Source: a virus
Taxonomy: Duplodnaviria; Caudoviricetes
Reading direction: 5' to 3' (one strand)
Virus record (IMG/VR): IMGVR_UViG_3300024423_000004
Span: 1 to 51,760 of that record
Length of the DNA: 51,760 bases
Part shown: piece by piece, positions 9,070 through 19,563 of the stretch
Layout: every line of letters begins with the position of its first letter
How positions within the stretch are numbered: position 1 is the first letter of the stretch
Program-made: the position numbers and the translations under genes
The notes under the pieces: generated by a model
What the model was told of the DNA's origin: nothing
What the model saw: only the letters and a program-made list of their open reading frames with translations
Database searches by the model: none

Positions 9070-10491
9070 ATGAATAATATGAGAGAATTAAATAAATTCA
9101 TGGATCAAAATCAGGATTTAATATCAAAGGCCCTTACTACAGCAAGTGGTGTTGGTGGTGCTTTAATTCCTGAAAATCTTGAGAAAATAATTACTGATAC
9201 GGTTATTAGACTTTCACCAGAATTGGCATTACTTGAAGCTAATGCTGAAAAAATTTCAGGAAAAACACATGAATTTAATAGAAAAACTAAAAATCCCACT
9301 CGTGGGGGAGCTATGGGTGAAAGTGCTACTACTGGTACTAGTAATTCAAAAACAACACGTCATACTGTTGAACTTAAAATAGTAAGACGTAAGGGTAAAG
9401 TAACGAATTTTCTAAATGATACTTCTGAAGAATATATTGATGCAGCAGCATATGAAATAGAGAATCATATACAATCACATGTTTCTGATTTAATCTATTA
9501 TATGCTTTATGGAAATGCCTTGGGTAATACTTGGGAATTTACTGGTCTTGATAACATGATTCTTACAAATAGAAATAATCAAGCAGAGGGTGGAGCTGTA
9601 CCAACAAGTTTATCAGTACTTGATTCTATGATTTCTAAATCTAATAGAAAAGGTGGAGCTAAACATAGACGTGTATTTGGCATGACTCCTGAAATGCTTG
9701 ATAAATTTTCATCCTTACTTACTAATGTAAGACTTAATCAAGGAGTTGGTGGAGATGGTCTTACTCAAGTTGAAGTAGGCGGTGGATGGCGATTAAATGC
9801 ATATCGTGATATTCCAATTATTGAGACTACAGCATGTGGTCCAATTGAGAAACTTACATCAACATTAACAGTAACTGATGTTGACGGAATTACCGGTGGT
9901 GCTTTAAGTGATGGTACTTATTACATACGTGTTGCCCCTATGACTTATGAGGGAGAACAAGAAGCAAGTGATGAAGAAACCGTTGTTGTAAATGGTGGTA
10001 CAGCTACACAATCTATTAGAATTAATCTTGATGCAGTTCACACTACAGATGGCGAGGATTCTCCTTTAGCATATAAAATTTATGCTTCTGATACTTCTGG
10101 AGATACAAAACTTGTAAGATATTATTCAGCATTCACTTATGATAGTGAAGGTGCTGTTACTGGAGACAATGGAACAGGAACTGATTACCTTTATGTTCAT
10201 TCAATGACTGCAGGTTCAGAAATAGCTACTGGATTACAGAATGATAGACCTCTTGTAGCAACTGGTGGTGTGAGACCAGAAGTTATTTATCTTTGGGATC
10301 TTGATCCAATTCAAGGACTTGGAAAGCTTCCCTACACTAATAGAGGTGGTAGTGCATTTGGTGGATTAGTTACTACAAAAGATTTAGCTGAAACTGATGA
10401 CTTTATTAGTTTTTTAATTAAATCTTATACAGCATTAACTCCTTCATTTGAAAAGACTTCAGTTTGGGAACGTGGTTACAGGACTGCTTAA
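9070..10491 (+). CDS. Major capsid protein (HK97 fold) with an internal beta-rich insertion
   Basis: KAL...GGALIPENLEK.I, YGN...EFTGL and YRDIPIIET motifs; strong AAGGAG RBS. Confidence 0.85.
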   Translation: MNNMRELNKFMDQNQDLISKALTTASGVGGALIPENLEKIITDTVIRLSPELALLEANAEKISGKTHEFNRKTKNPTRGGAMGESATTGTSNSKTTRHTVELKIVRRKGKVTNFLNDTSEEYIDAAAYEIENHIQSHVSDLIYYMLYGNALGNTWEFTGLDNMILTNRNNQAEGGAVPTSLSVLDSMISKSNRKGGAKHRRVFGMTPEMLDKFSSLLTNVRLNQGVGGDGLTQVEVGGGWRLNAYRDIPIIETTACGPIEKLTSTLTVTDVDGITGGALSDGTYYIRVAPMTYEGEQEASDEETVVVNGGTATQSIRINLDAVHTTDGEDSPLAYKIYASDTSGDTKLVRYYSAFTYDSEGAVTGDNGTGTDYLYVHSMTAGSEIATGLQNDRPLVATGGVRPEVIYLWDLDPIQGLGKLPYTNRGGSAFGGLVTTKDLAETDDFISFLIKSYTALTPSFEKTSVWERGYRTA

Positions 10492-10814
10492 TGCCAGTTT
10501 TAACCGAAGAAGAATATAAAAAGCTTGAAAAGGAAAAGAAGGGCCAACAGTTAAGCCCTTCCTTTTTAAAGCCCAAAGAAAAAAAACAAGTAGAGAGGAA
10601 ATTTATATATTTCCTATTCCATCCAGAGAACCCAAAAGAAAAATATTTGGAATTTGATGATGAAGTAGAAATAGAAAATAAAAAATACAAAAGACATTGT
10701 AAAAATGGAATTGTAAAAACTAGTGAAAAAGAATTAGTAGATCACCTCATAAAAAGAGGATATGAATTATTGGATAAAATAGAGGAGGATAATCCGAATG
10801 AGAAAATCAACTGA
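10491..10814 (+). CDS. Hypothetical protein
   Basis: TAATG coupling to the capsid gene stop. Confidence 0.6.
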   Translation: MPVLTEEEYKKLEKEKKGQQLSPSFLKPKEKKQVERKFIYFLFHPENPKEKYLEFDDEVEIENKKYKRHCKNGIVKTSEKELVDHLIKRGYELLDKIEEDNPNEKIN

Positions 10815-11724
10815 AGACGCAATAAACAACTTAAGTCCTGGCAATCAAGTCCATAGAATTGGAACTGAAATAAGAAGAGCTGGAGCAGCAAGTACAAGAA
10901 ATCCAGAATATTATTATTATGTAGATTCAAATTCACTTGGTGGAGATGGAACAAGTTGGGACACAGCATTTTCTACAATTACTGAAGGAATTGCAAAACT
11001 TAATACTTTAGATGGAAAAGGGGCAACTTTATTTGTGGCACCTGGATTCTATATCGAATTAGCAGGAATTGAACTTACAGCAGCAGATTGCGCAATAATT
11101 GGGAATGGTTTGAATGAAGACACTGTTTTATTTGGATCAGGGACAGCCGGAGCAGTGGCAGCAGCTACAGCGGATTTGTTGACAATCAAAGGTGGAAATA
11201 ATCTTATAGATGGATTATCTTTTTATAATCATTCAGCTTCTTACTCATCAATTCTTTTTGATGATACAGGTGGTGGTTATGCAGGTAGTTTTAATACAAT
11301 AAAAAATTGTTTTTTTTCACCTCAAGCTCAAGACGGTGTACAGTATTGTATTGAATTTGATGGTGGAAATGCAAATACTATTGAAGGTAATATTTTCTAT
11401 GGTGCAGCTACAGCAGCAATATACCTTGAAGGAAATGAAGGCAATCCTGTAAGAAATATTATCCGCAATAATCATTTTGTCGGAACTAATGTTGGTATTC
11501 AGGTACAATCTGCAAATTATAATACTATAGTTCAAGATAACTGGTTTAGTGCAGGATCACAATCTGGTGAAACTATGACTAATGCGATTGTAATTGATGC
11601 TGCGATGAATGCAGGAAGTATTACTTTTGCAAGGAATTTTTTTGAACAAAGTGCAGCAAATGACATATCCGATTCTAAGACTGGTGGTTCAGTTTTTGAA
11701 ATGGATAATTCAAACGGAGCATAA
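10798..11724 (+). CDS. Right-handed beta-helix (pectin-lyase fold) virion protein
   Basis: YYVDS...GDGTSWDTAFSTI...VAPGFY.E motif and repeated N.I.NN.F rungs. Confidence 0.75.
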   Translation: MRKSTEDAINNLSPGNQVHRIGTEIRRAGAASTRNPEYYYYVDSNSLGGDGTSWDTAFSTITEGIAKLNTLDGKGATLFVAPGFYIELAGIELTAADCAIIGNGLNEDTVLFGSGTAGAVAAATADLLTIKGGNNLIDGLSFYNHSASYSSILFDDTGGGYAGSFNTIKNCFFSPQAQDGVQYCIEFDGGNANTIEGNIFYGAATAAIYLEGNEGNPVRNIIRNNHFVGTNVGIQVQSANYNTIVQDNWFSAGSQSGETMTNAIVIDAAMNAGSITFARNFFEQSAANDISDSKTGGSVFEMDNSNGA

Positions 11725-11727
11725 TAC

Positions 11728-12018
11728 ATGGGTACGGATAATATATTCGGGCATGATTCACAAGGACGACCAGTACCGGCACAAGTTGATTCGGCTGGTC
11801 GTCTTATTCATGTTAATGAGAATTTTATACAAAATATAGAAGAAGTAGATGCTAATAATACTTTTATAGGTAAGGCATTAATTGGAACTGGAGACAATGA
11901 AGCAAAATGGCAGATAATTAAAGTTATTGTCAATGGAGTAAATACAACTATTCGTTATGCTGATGGAAGTGTAGAATTTGACAAAGTATGGAATGATAGG
12001 ACAACTTATACTTATTAA
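11728..12018 (+). CDS. Hypothetical virion-associated protein
   Basis: FIGKA..G......WQI.K...YADG...F..VW.DR motif typical of phage structural regions. Confidence 0.6.
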   Translation: MGTDNIFGHDSQGRPVPAQVDSAGRLIHVNENFIQNIEEVDANNTFIGKALIGTGDNEAKWQIIKVIVNGVNTTIRYADGSVEFDKVWNDRTTYTY

Positions 12019-12027
12019 GGAAAAAAT

Positions 12028-13542
12028 ATGTCTATAAAGTATGATAAAATATTAGGTGTGATAAGGGAGAGTGATGCAGGAGGCACTGGAGCCAGTGTGA
12101 TAACTGGAACCGTTAACACTTACGCAGAACTTCCTGCAGCATCTAGTCAAACAGGTAGGTATTGGGCAGTCTTAACAAGTACGGGATTCCTATGGAATAG
12201 ACGTCGAGGATTATATAGATCAAATGGGACTATATGGGATAGGTTAAGCAATAACGTTTTTGTAGCAAGGACAGATGAAGCTAGTATATTAGATTGGAAC
12301 GATAATACTAAAGTAATAGATTTTGATGCATCTAATATTACTACTAGTAACACTAGAACAATTATAATGTCTGATAATAATGCAGAAATAGGACTGGTTC
12401 AGAAAGTTAGTTCTGATGTTCAACTGGTAACTAATGGAGACAATATAAATCTTAGAAATGGGGGATTAAAAGATACAGACGTAATAGTCCCCATTTCTTT
12501 AGGTGATTCTAATAATACAAATGTTGATTCAGACTTCAATAATAGTTCCTTGTTAGGTGTTATAAATGAAAACAAAACAACTTTTGAAGATACAAGAGAG
12601 CCGACAGGTTTTATTGATATAACTGAATCTACTATAAGTTGGTCAGATAGTACTCCAGATAGAACTTTTACAATAACGCCAGTAGGAATTAGTTTTTCAT
12701 TTTATCAAAAATCTAAAAAGTATACAAAGACAGGTGCAGAATCAATACAACTTACAGACACATTAGGGATGTGGGTAATTTATTATGATAATGGAACATT
12801 GAGTTCTATAAATCAACCAACAAATTCTCAGTTAGAAGACATATACCTAAATAAGATATTAGTTTCATATGTTTATTGGAATTCTACAACTAGCTTAGGA
12901 AAACTTTTTGAAGAGAGACATGGGTGTACAATGGATGGAAACACTCATCTGTACTTACATTTAAGTAAAAATTTAGCATATGCAAATGGGCTAGCTTTAA
13001 ATAATTTTGTAATTAGTTCCGGAGCTTTAGATACACATGCTCAATTTTCTGTAGATTCTGGGTTGGTTTTTGATGAAGATATTTCAATTACCACACCCAC
13101 TGTAGCTTCAACTGTAGGATTAGAAATATGGTATAAGTCAGGGTCCGATTGGACTTGGACTACAAATTCTGGATTTTCAGTGTTGACTACTGGAACTGGA
13201 CGTTTAGCATATAATGATAGTGGATCACAAACGGAAATCTCAAATTTAAATTTTGTTTTATGTCATGTATTTGCATGGAACAGTGAGACAAATAAGATAA
13301 TAGCTATACAAGGTCAGAATCAATATGGAACTGTAGGAAATGCCAGAGATGGTGCAGATACAGAAATCACAAGTTTAGATATGGAAGGTTTGCTTAGTCC
13401 AGAAATGAGACCAATAGGAACGGTCATATTTCAAACAGCAAATGGATATGGAAATGCAGTAAAGGGTCGGGTCAGGGATTATGATTCACCCATACTTTAT
13501 AAAGATTTTAGATTAGTTCCTTCAGGGAAATGGTTTTTATAG
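12028..13542 (+). CDS. Putative beta-rich structural protein (head fibre or decoration)
   Basis: 504 aa, T/S/G/N-rich, located in the structural module. Confidence 0.55.
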   Translation: MSIKYDKILGVIRESDAGGTGASVITGTVNTYAELPAASSQTGRYWAVLTSTGFLWNRRRGLYRSNGTIWDRLSNNVFVARTDEASILDWNDNTKVIDFDASNITTSNTRTIIMSDNNAEIGLVQKVSSDVQLVTNGDNINLRNGGLKDTDVIVPISLGDSNNTNVDSDFNNSSLLGVINENKTTFEDTREPTGFIDITESTISWSDSTPDRTFTITPVGISFSFYQKSKKYTKTGAESIQLTDTLGMWVIYYDNGTLSSINQPTNSQLEDIYLNKILVSYVYWNSTTSLGKLFEERHGCTMDGNTHLYLHLSKNLAYANGLALNNFVISSGALDTHAQFSVDSGLVFDEDISITTPTVASTVGLEIWYKSGSDWTWTTNSGFSVLTTGTGRLAYNDSGSQTEISNLNFVLCHVFAWNSETNKIIAIQGQNQYGTVGNARDGADTEITSLDMEGLLSPEMRPIGTVIFQTANGYGNAVKGRVRDYDSPILYKDFRLVPSGKWFL

Positions 13543-13556
13543 GAGATAGATTAAAG

Positions 13557-14198
13557 ATGGAAATAATAAAGTGGATAAGCCAAACGGGATTAATGGGTGT
13601 AGGTGCTATTGCTGTATTTTTAGCATTTCAATATTTTTATGGAAAAATAAAAAAAATAAAAGTTGCTAATCCTTTAAATCATCCCTTTTTCAATACAATT
13701 TTATATAATAAGAATGTAAAACTTAAATCTATAAAATTGTATTCTAAAGGACATGGACATTGTGAGGGAAGAGATGCAGTATTTAAAGATATGCTCAATA
13801 TTAAATTTCAATTATGGCATGATCATACAAAACATGTGGTATCATTAGTAAGTACAAAATATACATATATATCAGATAGTGATTTTGAAGAGATTTGGAC
13901 TTCTGGGATGATGCAATGTGCAAAAGAATATGAAATGGAATGGATGCAATCTGAAATTCCTGAAATTGTTATAAATAAATTTAATGAATGGCATGGAAGT
14001 CATGCGGATATTTTATTCAATACATTAAAAAATATTTGTCATGGTAATTCGTTTAGCACCAAAGAAGAACAGACTAATGCTATATTGGAGCTTCAAAATG
14101 CACTTATTATTATAACAATGATTGATGCAGAAAAAACTCTTGGTAGTTTGAATGGAGATTTGACAGGAATTAAATATAAAGGAATAGTTTTGAAATAG
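13557..14198 (+). CDS. Membrane-anchored hypothetical protein
   Basis: One N-terminal TM segment (GLMGVGAIAVFLAFQYFY) followed by a basic patch. Confidence 0.6.
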   Translation: MEIIKWISQTGLMGVGAIAVFLAFQYFYGKIKKIKVANPLNHPFFNTILYNKNVKLKSIKLYSKGHGHCEGRDAVFKDMLNIKFQLWHDHTKHVVSLVSTKYTYISDSDFEEIWTSGMMQCAKEYEMEWMQSEIPEIVINKFNEWHGSHADILFNTLKNICHGNSFSTKEEQTNAILELQNALIIITMIDAEKTLGSLNGDLTGIKYKGIVLK

Positions 14199-14207
14199 GG
14201 GACTATT

Positions 14208-14834
14208 ATGGCAATAGCAACGGCATCTGAAGTAAGATCATTTTTAGAAGGTTATGAAGTTACAGATACACAATTATCAGATTCTTGGATACAAGCACGT
14301 ATTGACAATTTTGTACAACCTTGGGTAGAAAAAATTTTAAGAAGACCTTTAGAATCAGAAGAAGAAATAACTGAATATGTATCTGGAACTGGAAGAAATA
14401 CTTTGGTGCTTTCTAATAGAAATATAAATGAATTAATAAGAATAGAGTACGTTACTGGTGGTGATATTGATTCAAGTATTGGTATAACAGGTGTTGAACT
14501 TATTGCAGATGAAGGTGTTTTAAGGTCAATACAGAATATAAGTGAAGGTAGATATAATTCTGTTTTTGCTAAAGGCGAAAGAAATATAAAAGTAACTTAT
14601 AAAGTTGGATATACTTCTGCTCCTGCTGATATTAAAGAAGCTATCATTTATTTGAGTGCTGAACAAATACTTGGATTTATTGGTGCTAGAACGGGTGGAG
14701 GATCTCTTAATGTAGAAGGTTTTGGCCGGAGTTATGGATCACGTGGAAAATATCAGGATATTAGAAATGATTTGACAAGACAAGCTATGGCTATATTAAA
14801 ACAATATATGACTAGTGTGGTAGGTAATATATGA
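14208..14834 (+). CDS. Head-tail adaptor/connector
   Basis: F.KGERNIKVTYKVGY..APADIKEA motif; position in the neck region. Confidence 0.75.
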   Translation: MAIATASEVRSFLEGYEVTDTQLSDSWIQARIDNFVQPWVEKILRRPLESEEEITEYVSGTGRNTLVLSNRNINELIRIEYVTGGDIDSSIGITGVELIADEGVLRSIQNISEGRYNSVFAKGERNIKVTYKVGYTSAPADIKEAIIYLSAEQILGFIGARTGGGSLNVEGFGRSYGSRGKYQDIRNDLTRQAMAILKQYMTSVVGNI

Positions 14835-15253
14835 CAATTCCAATTGGTGTTGAACTTGAAGCTCAAAATGCAATACAAGACGCAAAAGATATCATTGATG
14901 AACGTGGTAATGATATAATTGTACAAACTACAAATGAAGCAAATGTTGAAAGAGATATTTACGGGGCGATAAAAAAAAGAACAACAACAAATTATACATG
15001 GCATGCCTATCCTGTTACGTTTAGTCCGACAAAAGATCAATTAGAAGAAGCAGGAATAAAAGAAAACGTTGACGTTTTAGTTGTAACGGCCATTAAAGAT
15101 TGGACAGACAATAGTTTAGATTATAAATCAGTTGATAATACACGATGGGAAATAATTTTGAATGGAGAAACATATACGATTAGTCATAAAAATCAAATAA
15201 ATATGTTTAGCCATTATTATTTAAATATTGTTTTAGGATTGTTTAAAAAATGA
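14831..15253 (+). CDS. Probable head-closure protein
   Basis: Size and position; D.YG...LNGETYTI pattern. Confidence 0.55.
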   Translation: MTIPIGVELEAQNAIQDAKDIIDERGNDIIVQTTNEANVERDIYGAIKKRTTTNYTWHAYPVTFSPTKDQLEEAGIKENVDVLVVTAIKDWTDNSLDYKSVDNTRWEIILNGETYTISHKNQINMFSHYYLNIVLGLFKK

Positions 15254-15855
15254 CAATAAAGGCGAAATTTTCTAATTCATATAAAGCAAAACAAATGAGA
15301 ATTAAGAGATTGCCTAAATTATTAAAAAGTGTTGTATCAGGAGCGACAAAAAAAGATTTACTCGGAATGAAAAAAATATTCCATGATGGGATTAAAGATA
15401 ATAGATTAGGATTGGATGCTTTAGCAGAAAGCACAATAAGATCAAAAAAGGCAAAAGGATATCCAAAAGCAAAGTCACCTTTATATGGAGCAGGAGACAC
15501 GGAAGGTGATAGAAGTTACGCAAATATGCTATTAATTGCAAAAGTTAAAAATGGGTGGAAATTAAGGCCTAGTACACGAAAACATCATTCAGGTAATGTG
15601 ACATTAAAAGATTTATTTATGATACATGAGCATGGTGCTTTGATAAAGAAAAAGACAAAAAATGGAAAGGCAAGTTTAATAAGAATACCGCCTAGACCGG
15701 CTTTTTTAATAGCATATAAAAGATGGTTAGGTCAGAGAAAGAAAAGCCAAAAAGAAACATCTTTAGAGGTTAAGGCAGCAATAAGAGAATTTATCAATAC
15801 TGGTAGTAAAAAGAAATTGAAAGTTTTACAGGATTACGAGAAAAGGGAAAAATGA
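15250..15855 (+). CDS. Neck / virion morphogenesis protein
   Basis: Basic; LAESTI..K, IHEHG and IPPRP motifs. Confidence 0.7.
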   Translation: MTIKAKFSNSYKAKQMRIKRLPKLLKSVVSGATKKDLLGMKKIFHDGIKDNRLGLDALAESTIRSKKAKGYPKAKSPLYGAGDTEGDRSYANMLLIAKVKNGWKLRPSTRKHHSGNVTLKDLFMIHEHGALIKKKTKNGKASLIRIPPRPAFLIAYKRWLGQRKKSQKETSLEVKAAIREFINTGSKKKLKVLQDYEKREK

Positions 15856-17024
15856 AAAGTGTAATTGACAATATAACTGAGGTAACAGGTTGGTCAGGGA
15901 TTAATGGGGCAACTGTTCATGGATTAAATTCTGTATCTAATTATATTGCAGGCAATAATCTTGCTTCTGTTATATTTTCATTTAATGCTGCTGATGCTTA
16001 TATCGAAAAAACTTATGGGACGGATGTTACAGATTATGATGAATTAACTTTTTGGATAACTTCTTTTAAGAAAGGCAAAAAGGATTATCAAAAGACAACT
16101 GATTATTTATATAAAATTGATTTGGGTGTGGGAAAAGAATATTATTTAAAAGCATTTGATGATTTTTTTTATGTTACAATAGATATCTCTGATGTAACAA
16201 CGATAGATAGAATACGAATTACTGCATTACAAGCAGGTTTGGACTACATAATATTATCTTATTGTGTAGCATTTACTACTGTATTGCCATTAGACGTATA
16301 TATAGGGATTAAAGAACAACTAGAATATCATATTGACCAAAATACAACACTAAAAAATGTGGGGTTAATAAATGGAACTATTGGAGATGACAATATTAAT
16401 TTTGGCGCTAGCGTTCCTTTTCTTGATAGATACACCACCATTAAGATAGATGACGGAGTTAATTCAGAAATTCATCACGTAGATAGGAAAGACGGTAATC
16501 AATTTTATTTTTCTGATTTATATGATGGAAGTATTCTGCTTAATGATTATACAAATGCAGATGTATATTTATATTATCCTATTCATTTTGGAACAACACA
16601 AAGAGAAATATCGTTGCCGTCAATAACTTTATGGGGTTTTGCACCAGAGAGGTTATTTTTAGCTACTGAATTTGATAATATTATAGATACCGTTAAGACA
16701 GATGATACTTTCGGAGAAAGAAGGGTTGGTCAATATTTACAATGGTCATTTTTGATTGATTGCGAGGCAAAAGAAGAGTGGGAATTATTGGGAGAATTAT
16801 CAAACATTGTGCGTACTGTTATCGGACAAAGAACAATTTGGGTAAATGGACGCAAGGCAAATATTGAATTTGATACACCGCCAACAGAATTGTATCCGAC
16901 AGAGGCATTTGATATAATGCCAAAAATACAATACCCAACGACGATAATTATAAGAGAAGAATTATATGAAAGATCAAGAATACCAAAGACAACAACAATA
17001 AATTTTGAGGCAACAATAATATAA
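15852..17024 (+). CDS. Putative tail completion/terminator protein
   Basis: Directly before the sheath; C-terminal LPSITL motif. Confidence 0.45.
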   Translation: MKSVIDNITEVTGWSGINGATVHGLNSVSNYIAGNNLASVIFSFNAADAYIEKTYGTDVTDYDELTFWITSFKKGKKDYQKTTDYLYKIDLGVGKEYYLKAFDDFFYVTIDISDVTTIDRIRITALQAGLDYIILSYCVAFTTVLPLDVYIGIKEQLEYHIDQNTTLKNVGLINGTIGDDNINFGASVPFLDRYTTIKIDDGVNSEIHHVDRKDGNQFYFSDLYDGSILLNDYTNADVYLYYPIHFGTTQREISLPSITLWGFAPERLFLATEFDNIIDTVKTDDTFGERRVGQYLQWSFLIDCEAKEEWELLGELSNIVRTVIGQRTIWVNGRKANIEFDTPPTELYPTEAFDIMPKIQYPTTIIIREELYERSRIPKTTTINFEATII

Positions 17025-17037
17025 GGAGGCTTATAAG

Positions 17038-17286
17038 ATGGGTGAAAAATTTGAGCAATCAAAAAGTAAAGATGAATTAAAAGTTGGAAAAGAAAAGAAA
17101 ACTTTTAAACAAAGTGTTGAAGTTCTTTTGACTTTTAGAGAAAATAGAACTTTTGAGCTACATGTTAATCGACAACTAATTAGATTTGAAGGAAGACAAA
17201 CAATTAAACTTCCAAAAGCAATCACAGAACATGCAGATTTTACAGTAAATATTGCTAAAAACTTTATTATTAAAGAGGTGAAATAA
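17038..17286 (+). CDS. Hypothetical protein
   Basis: AAGGAGG RBS; 82 aa. Confidence 0.65.
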   Translation: MGEKFEQSKSKDELKVGKEKKTFKQSVEVLLTFRENRTFELHVNRQLIRFEGRQTIKLPKAITEHADFTVNIAKNFIIKEVK

Positions 17287-17287
17287 T

Positions 17288-19108
17288 ATGGCGGGATTAA
17301 GACGACAAGGAATTTATGGAGAAAATTTACCAACTAAAAAATCTAAAACGGTTGAGCCATCAGATTTTTTGATTGGTGGATTAGTTGGTTTTTTTGAAAG
17401 ACGATATAAGAAAACTTTTGTTGTGAGAAACACAGAGGAGTTAAGACAGATATATGGTAGTAATACAATTTCTACGTACTATGGTTGGGATGCGGCACAG
17501 GGATTTTTTGACAATGTTGTTGGTGTAGATGCTAAACTATTTGTAAAAGGACATGTGGGAAACGATGGAGCTGCGTATGATGCAGTAGCCGCAACTGTAA
17601 ACGCAGTAGACGGAAGTGCAGCAGATGTTTTACAGTTGGATTCTGCTTATGAAGAAGAACTAGACTTTTCTACATACGGAAACAATACGGGATATACAAT
17701 AGTACAAGGTAGTAGGTTTAACACAGCTGGTCGAGTTGCTAACACTGCATCAGACAGTTTTGTTGATCTTGATAGTGTTGCGGGTATAAGTGTAGGAGAC
17801 TACATCAAGGTTGTGGCAACTGGAGGCGGTGGCGCAACTGTTCATCACACGATTACAGCAATTGATGAAAGCGCAAGGCGTGTTTCTTTTACAGGCGCAT
17901 TTGATGGAGCAGCAAATATGGAAATTGGAGATGTTGTTACACTACCGAGTTTTCAGCTCAAAACATGGAGAAAGTCTACAACTGGAATTGTAGAAGAAGT
18001 GGATGTAGAGAATGGTAAAGTCTGGTGTACAACTGAAAGTGATGTTACTGATTATTTTGTAGATAATGTTTTTGCAACTTCTAAATATTTAAAAGTTACA
18101 GACTTGGCTCCTGCTACTGCGTTGGCAACTAGATTACCTGCAGCTGTTTCAACTGTTACATATTTGGCATCAGGCGCAAATGGTACAAGTCCAACAACAA
18201 CAGCAAATTGGGATTTTGATTTACAATTGTTTAATGATGATCCAATCAGAATGATTTGTAATCCAGAGACTACAGATGAAGCAATTCAGAAAGCAATTGA
18301 AACATATTGCCGAAGTAGAAACGATACTCCAAAGGTTATCTATAATATTTCAGAAGACCAAACAAAAAGTCAATTGATAACGATAGGTAATAAATTTCAA
18401 CGAAGTGATGACGTGTTAGGTGTTATTATTGCAAATTGGTTAAAGAAAACCGATCCTTTCGCAACGTCGCCAACTGCTCCTAAAAGAACTATTCCAAACG
18501 TTGGTCATGTTATGGGTCTATGGATTAGATCAATTGGTACACTAGGAATACATTATATTCCAGCAGTAACAACATTGCCACTTTTTGGTATAACAGGAAT
18601 TAAAGGTGATCAAATATTAAATGATTTAGATCGGACGGATGTTTGCGAGGCTGGTGTTAATGTTATACAGGAAGTAACTGGAAGCGGAATAATTGTTAAA
18701 AGTTTTTATACACCTTCAACAACAAAAGAGTTTCAATTTGCAAATGGAATTTTAATGAGAGAGTTTATAAAAATCTCAATCATTGATTCTCTAAGGGACA
18801 CGGTAAATGAGCCTAACAATTTTGCTAGAATACAAGGGAGTAGGGATGCAGTAGTGGCTTTCTTTTATTCATTGTGGTTAACTGGTAGTACTGGAAACGT
18901 ACCGGCAGGTGAAACATTCGGACAAACAATCGATCCCGATACGGGAACAGGAACAGAACCGAGTGACCACTTTCAAGTGCAAGCGGATTTAATAAATAAT
19001 CCACAAGCAAGTATTGAGGCAGGAGAACGAAATATTTCATCATGGTTCAGTTACCCTGCGCCAGCAGGATCAATTAAAATCGGTGTGGGTCTTATGTTGT
19101 TAGGATAA
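17288..19108 (+). CDS. Contractile tail sheath protein
   Basis: GIY.E N-terminus, P.VGHVMG, G.H..PA, GVNVI, EPN and YPAPA sheath motifs; 606 aa. Confidence 0.88.
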   Translation: MAGLRRQGIYGENLPTKKSKTVEPSDFLIGGLVGFFERRYKKTFVVRNTEELRQIYGSNTISTYYGWDAAQGFFDNVVGVDAKLFVKGHVGNDGAAYDAVAATVNAVDGSAADVLQLDSAYEEELDFSTYGNNTGYTIVQGSRFNTAGRVANTASDSFVDLDSVAGISVGDYIKVVATGGGGATVHHTITAIDESARRVSFTGAFDGAANMEIGDVVTLPSFQLKTWRKSTTGIVEEVDVENGKVWCTTESDVTDYFVDNVFATSKYLKVTDLAPATALATRLPAAVSTVTYLASGANGTSPTTTANWDFDLQLFNDDPIRMICNPETTDEAIQKAIETYCRSRNDTPKVIYNISEDQTKSQLITIGNKFQRSDDVLGVIIANWLKKTDPFATSPTAPKRTIPNVGHVMGLWIRSIGTLGIHYIPAVTTLPLFGITGIKGDQILNDLDRTDVCEAGVNVIQEVTGSGIIVKSFYTPSTTKEFQFANGILMREFIKISIIDSLRDTVNEPNNFARIQGSRDAVVAFFYSLWLTGSTGNVPAGETFGQTIDPDTGTGTEPSDHFQVQADLINNPQASIEAGERNISSWFSYPAPAGSIKIGVGLMLLG

Positions 19109-19144
19109 AACAAATAAAATAATAAAAAAGTAAGGAGGTTTATC

Positions 19145-19555
19145 TTGCAAGTGAATGAAATGGTTGAAAAAAAGCAAGTTTACTTTGACCGGACAGAAAT
19201 TCCCGGTCTTGTAAATGTGAGTGAAATAGTAGAGGAGAAAAGATCGGTAGAAGTGCCAGGATTTAATGTTATACGTGATGTCCAAAGCGGTATAACCAAA
19301 CAACCGCAAATAACATTAACATATAAGTTAGAACGTGGAACTAATACATTAAGGTTTTTTGAAGACTTTTTTACTAATAATGAAACTAAAGATATGACTA
19401 TTGTAAGGACAGATGCACACGGAATGGAGTTTGACAGAAAAACTTACACACAATGTGAGGTTTTGTCGAAAACTGCACCAGAATATAATGCAGAAAGTCC
19501 AAACTTTGCGAGTATAGCAGTAGTTATTTTAATACATGATATAATACCAGTGTAG
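19145..19555 (+). CDS. Tail tube protein (TTG start)
   Basis: Follows the sheath; AAGGAGG RBS; ITLTY..RG..FFEDFF..KDMTI pattern resembles T4 gp19-like tubes. Confidence 0.78.
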   Translation: MQVNEMVEKKQVYFDRTEIPGLVNVSEIVEEKRSVEVPGFNVIRDVQSGITKQPQITLTYKLERGTNTLRFFEDFFTNNETKDMTIVRTDAHGMEFDRKTYTQCEVLSKTAPEYNAESPNFASIAVVILIHDIIPV

Positions 19556-19563
19556 GAGGAAAT

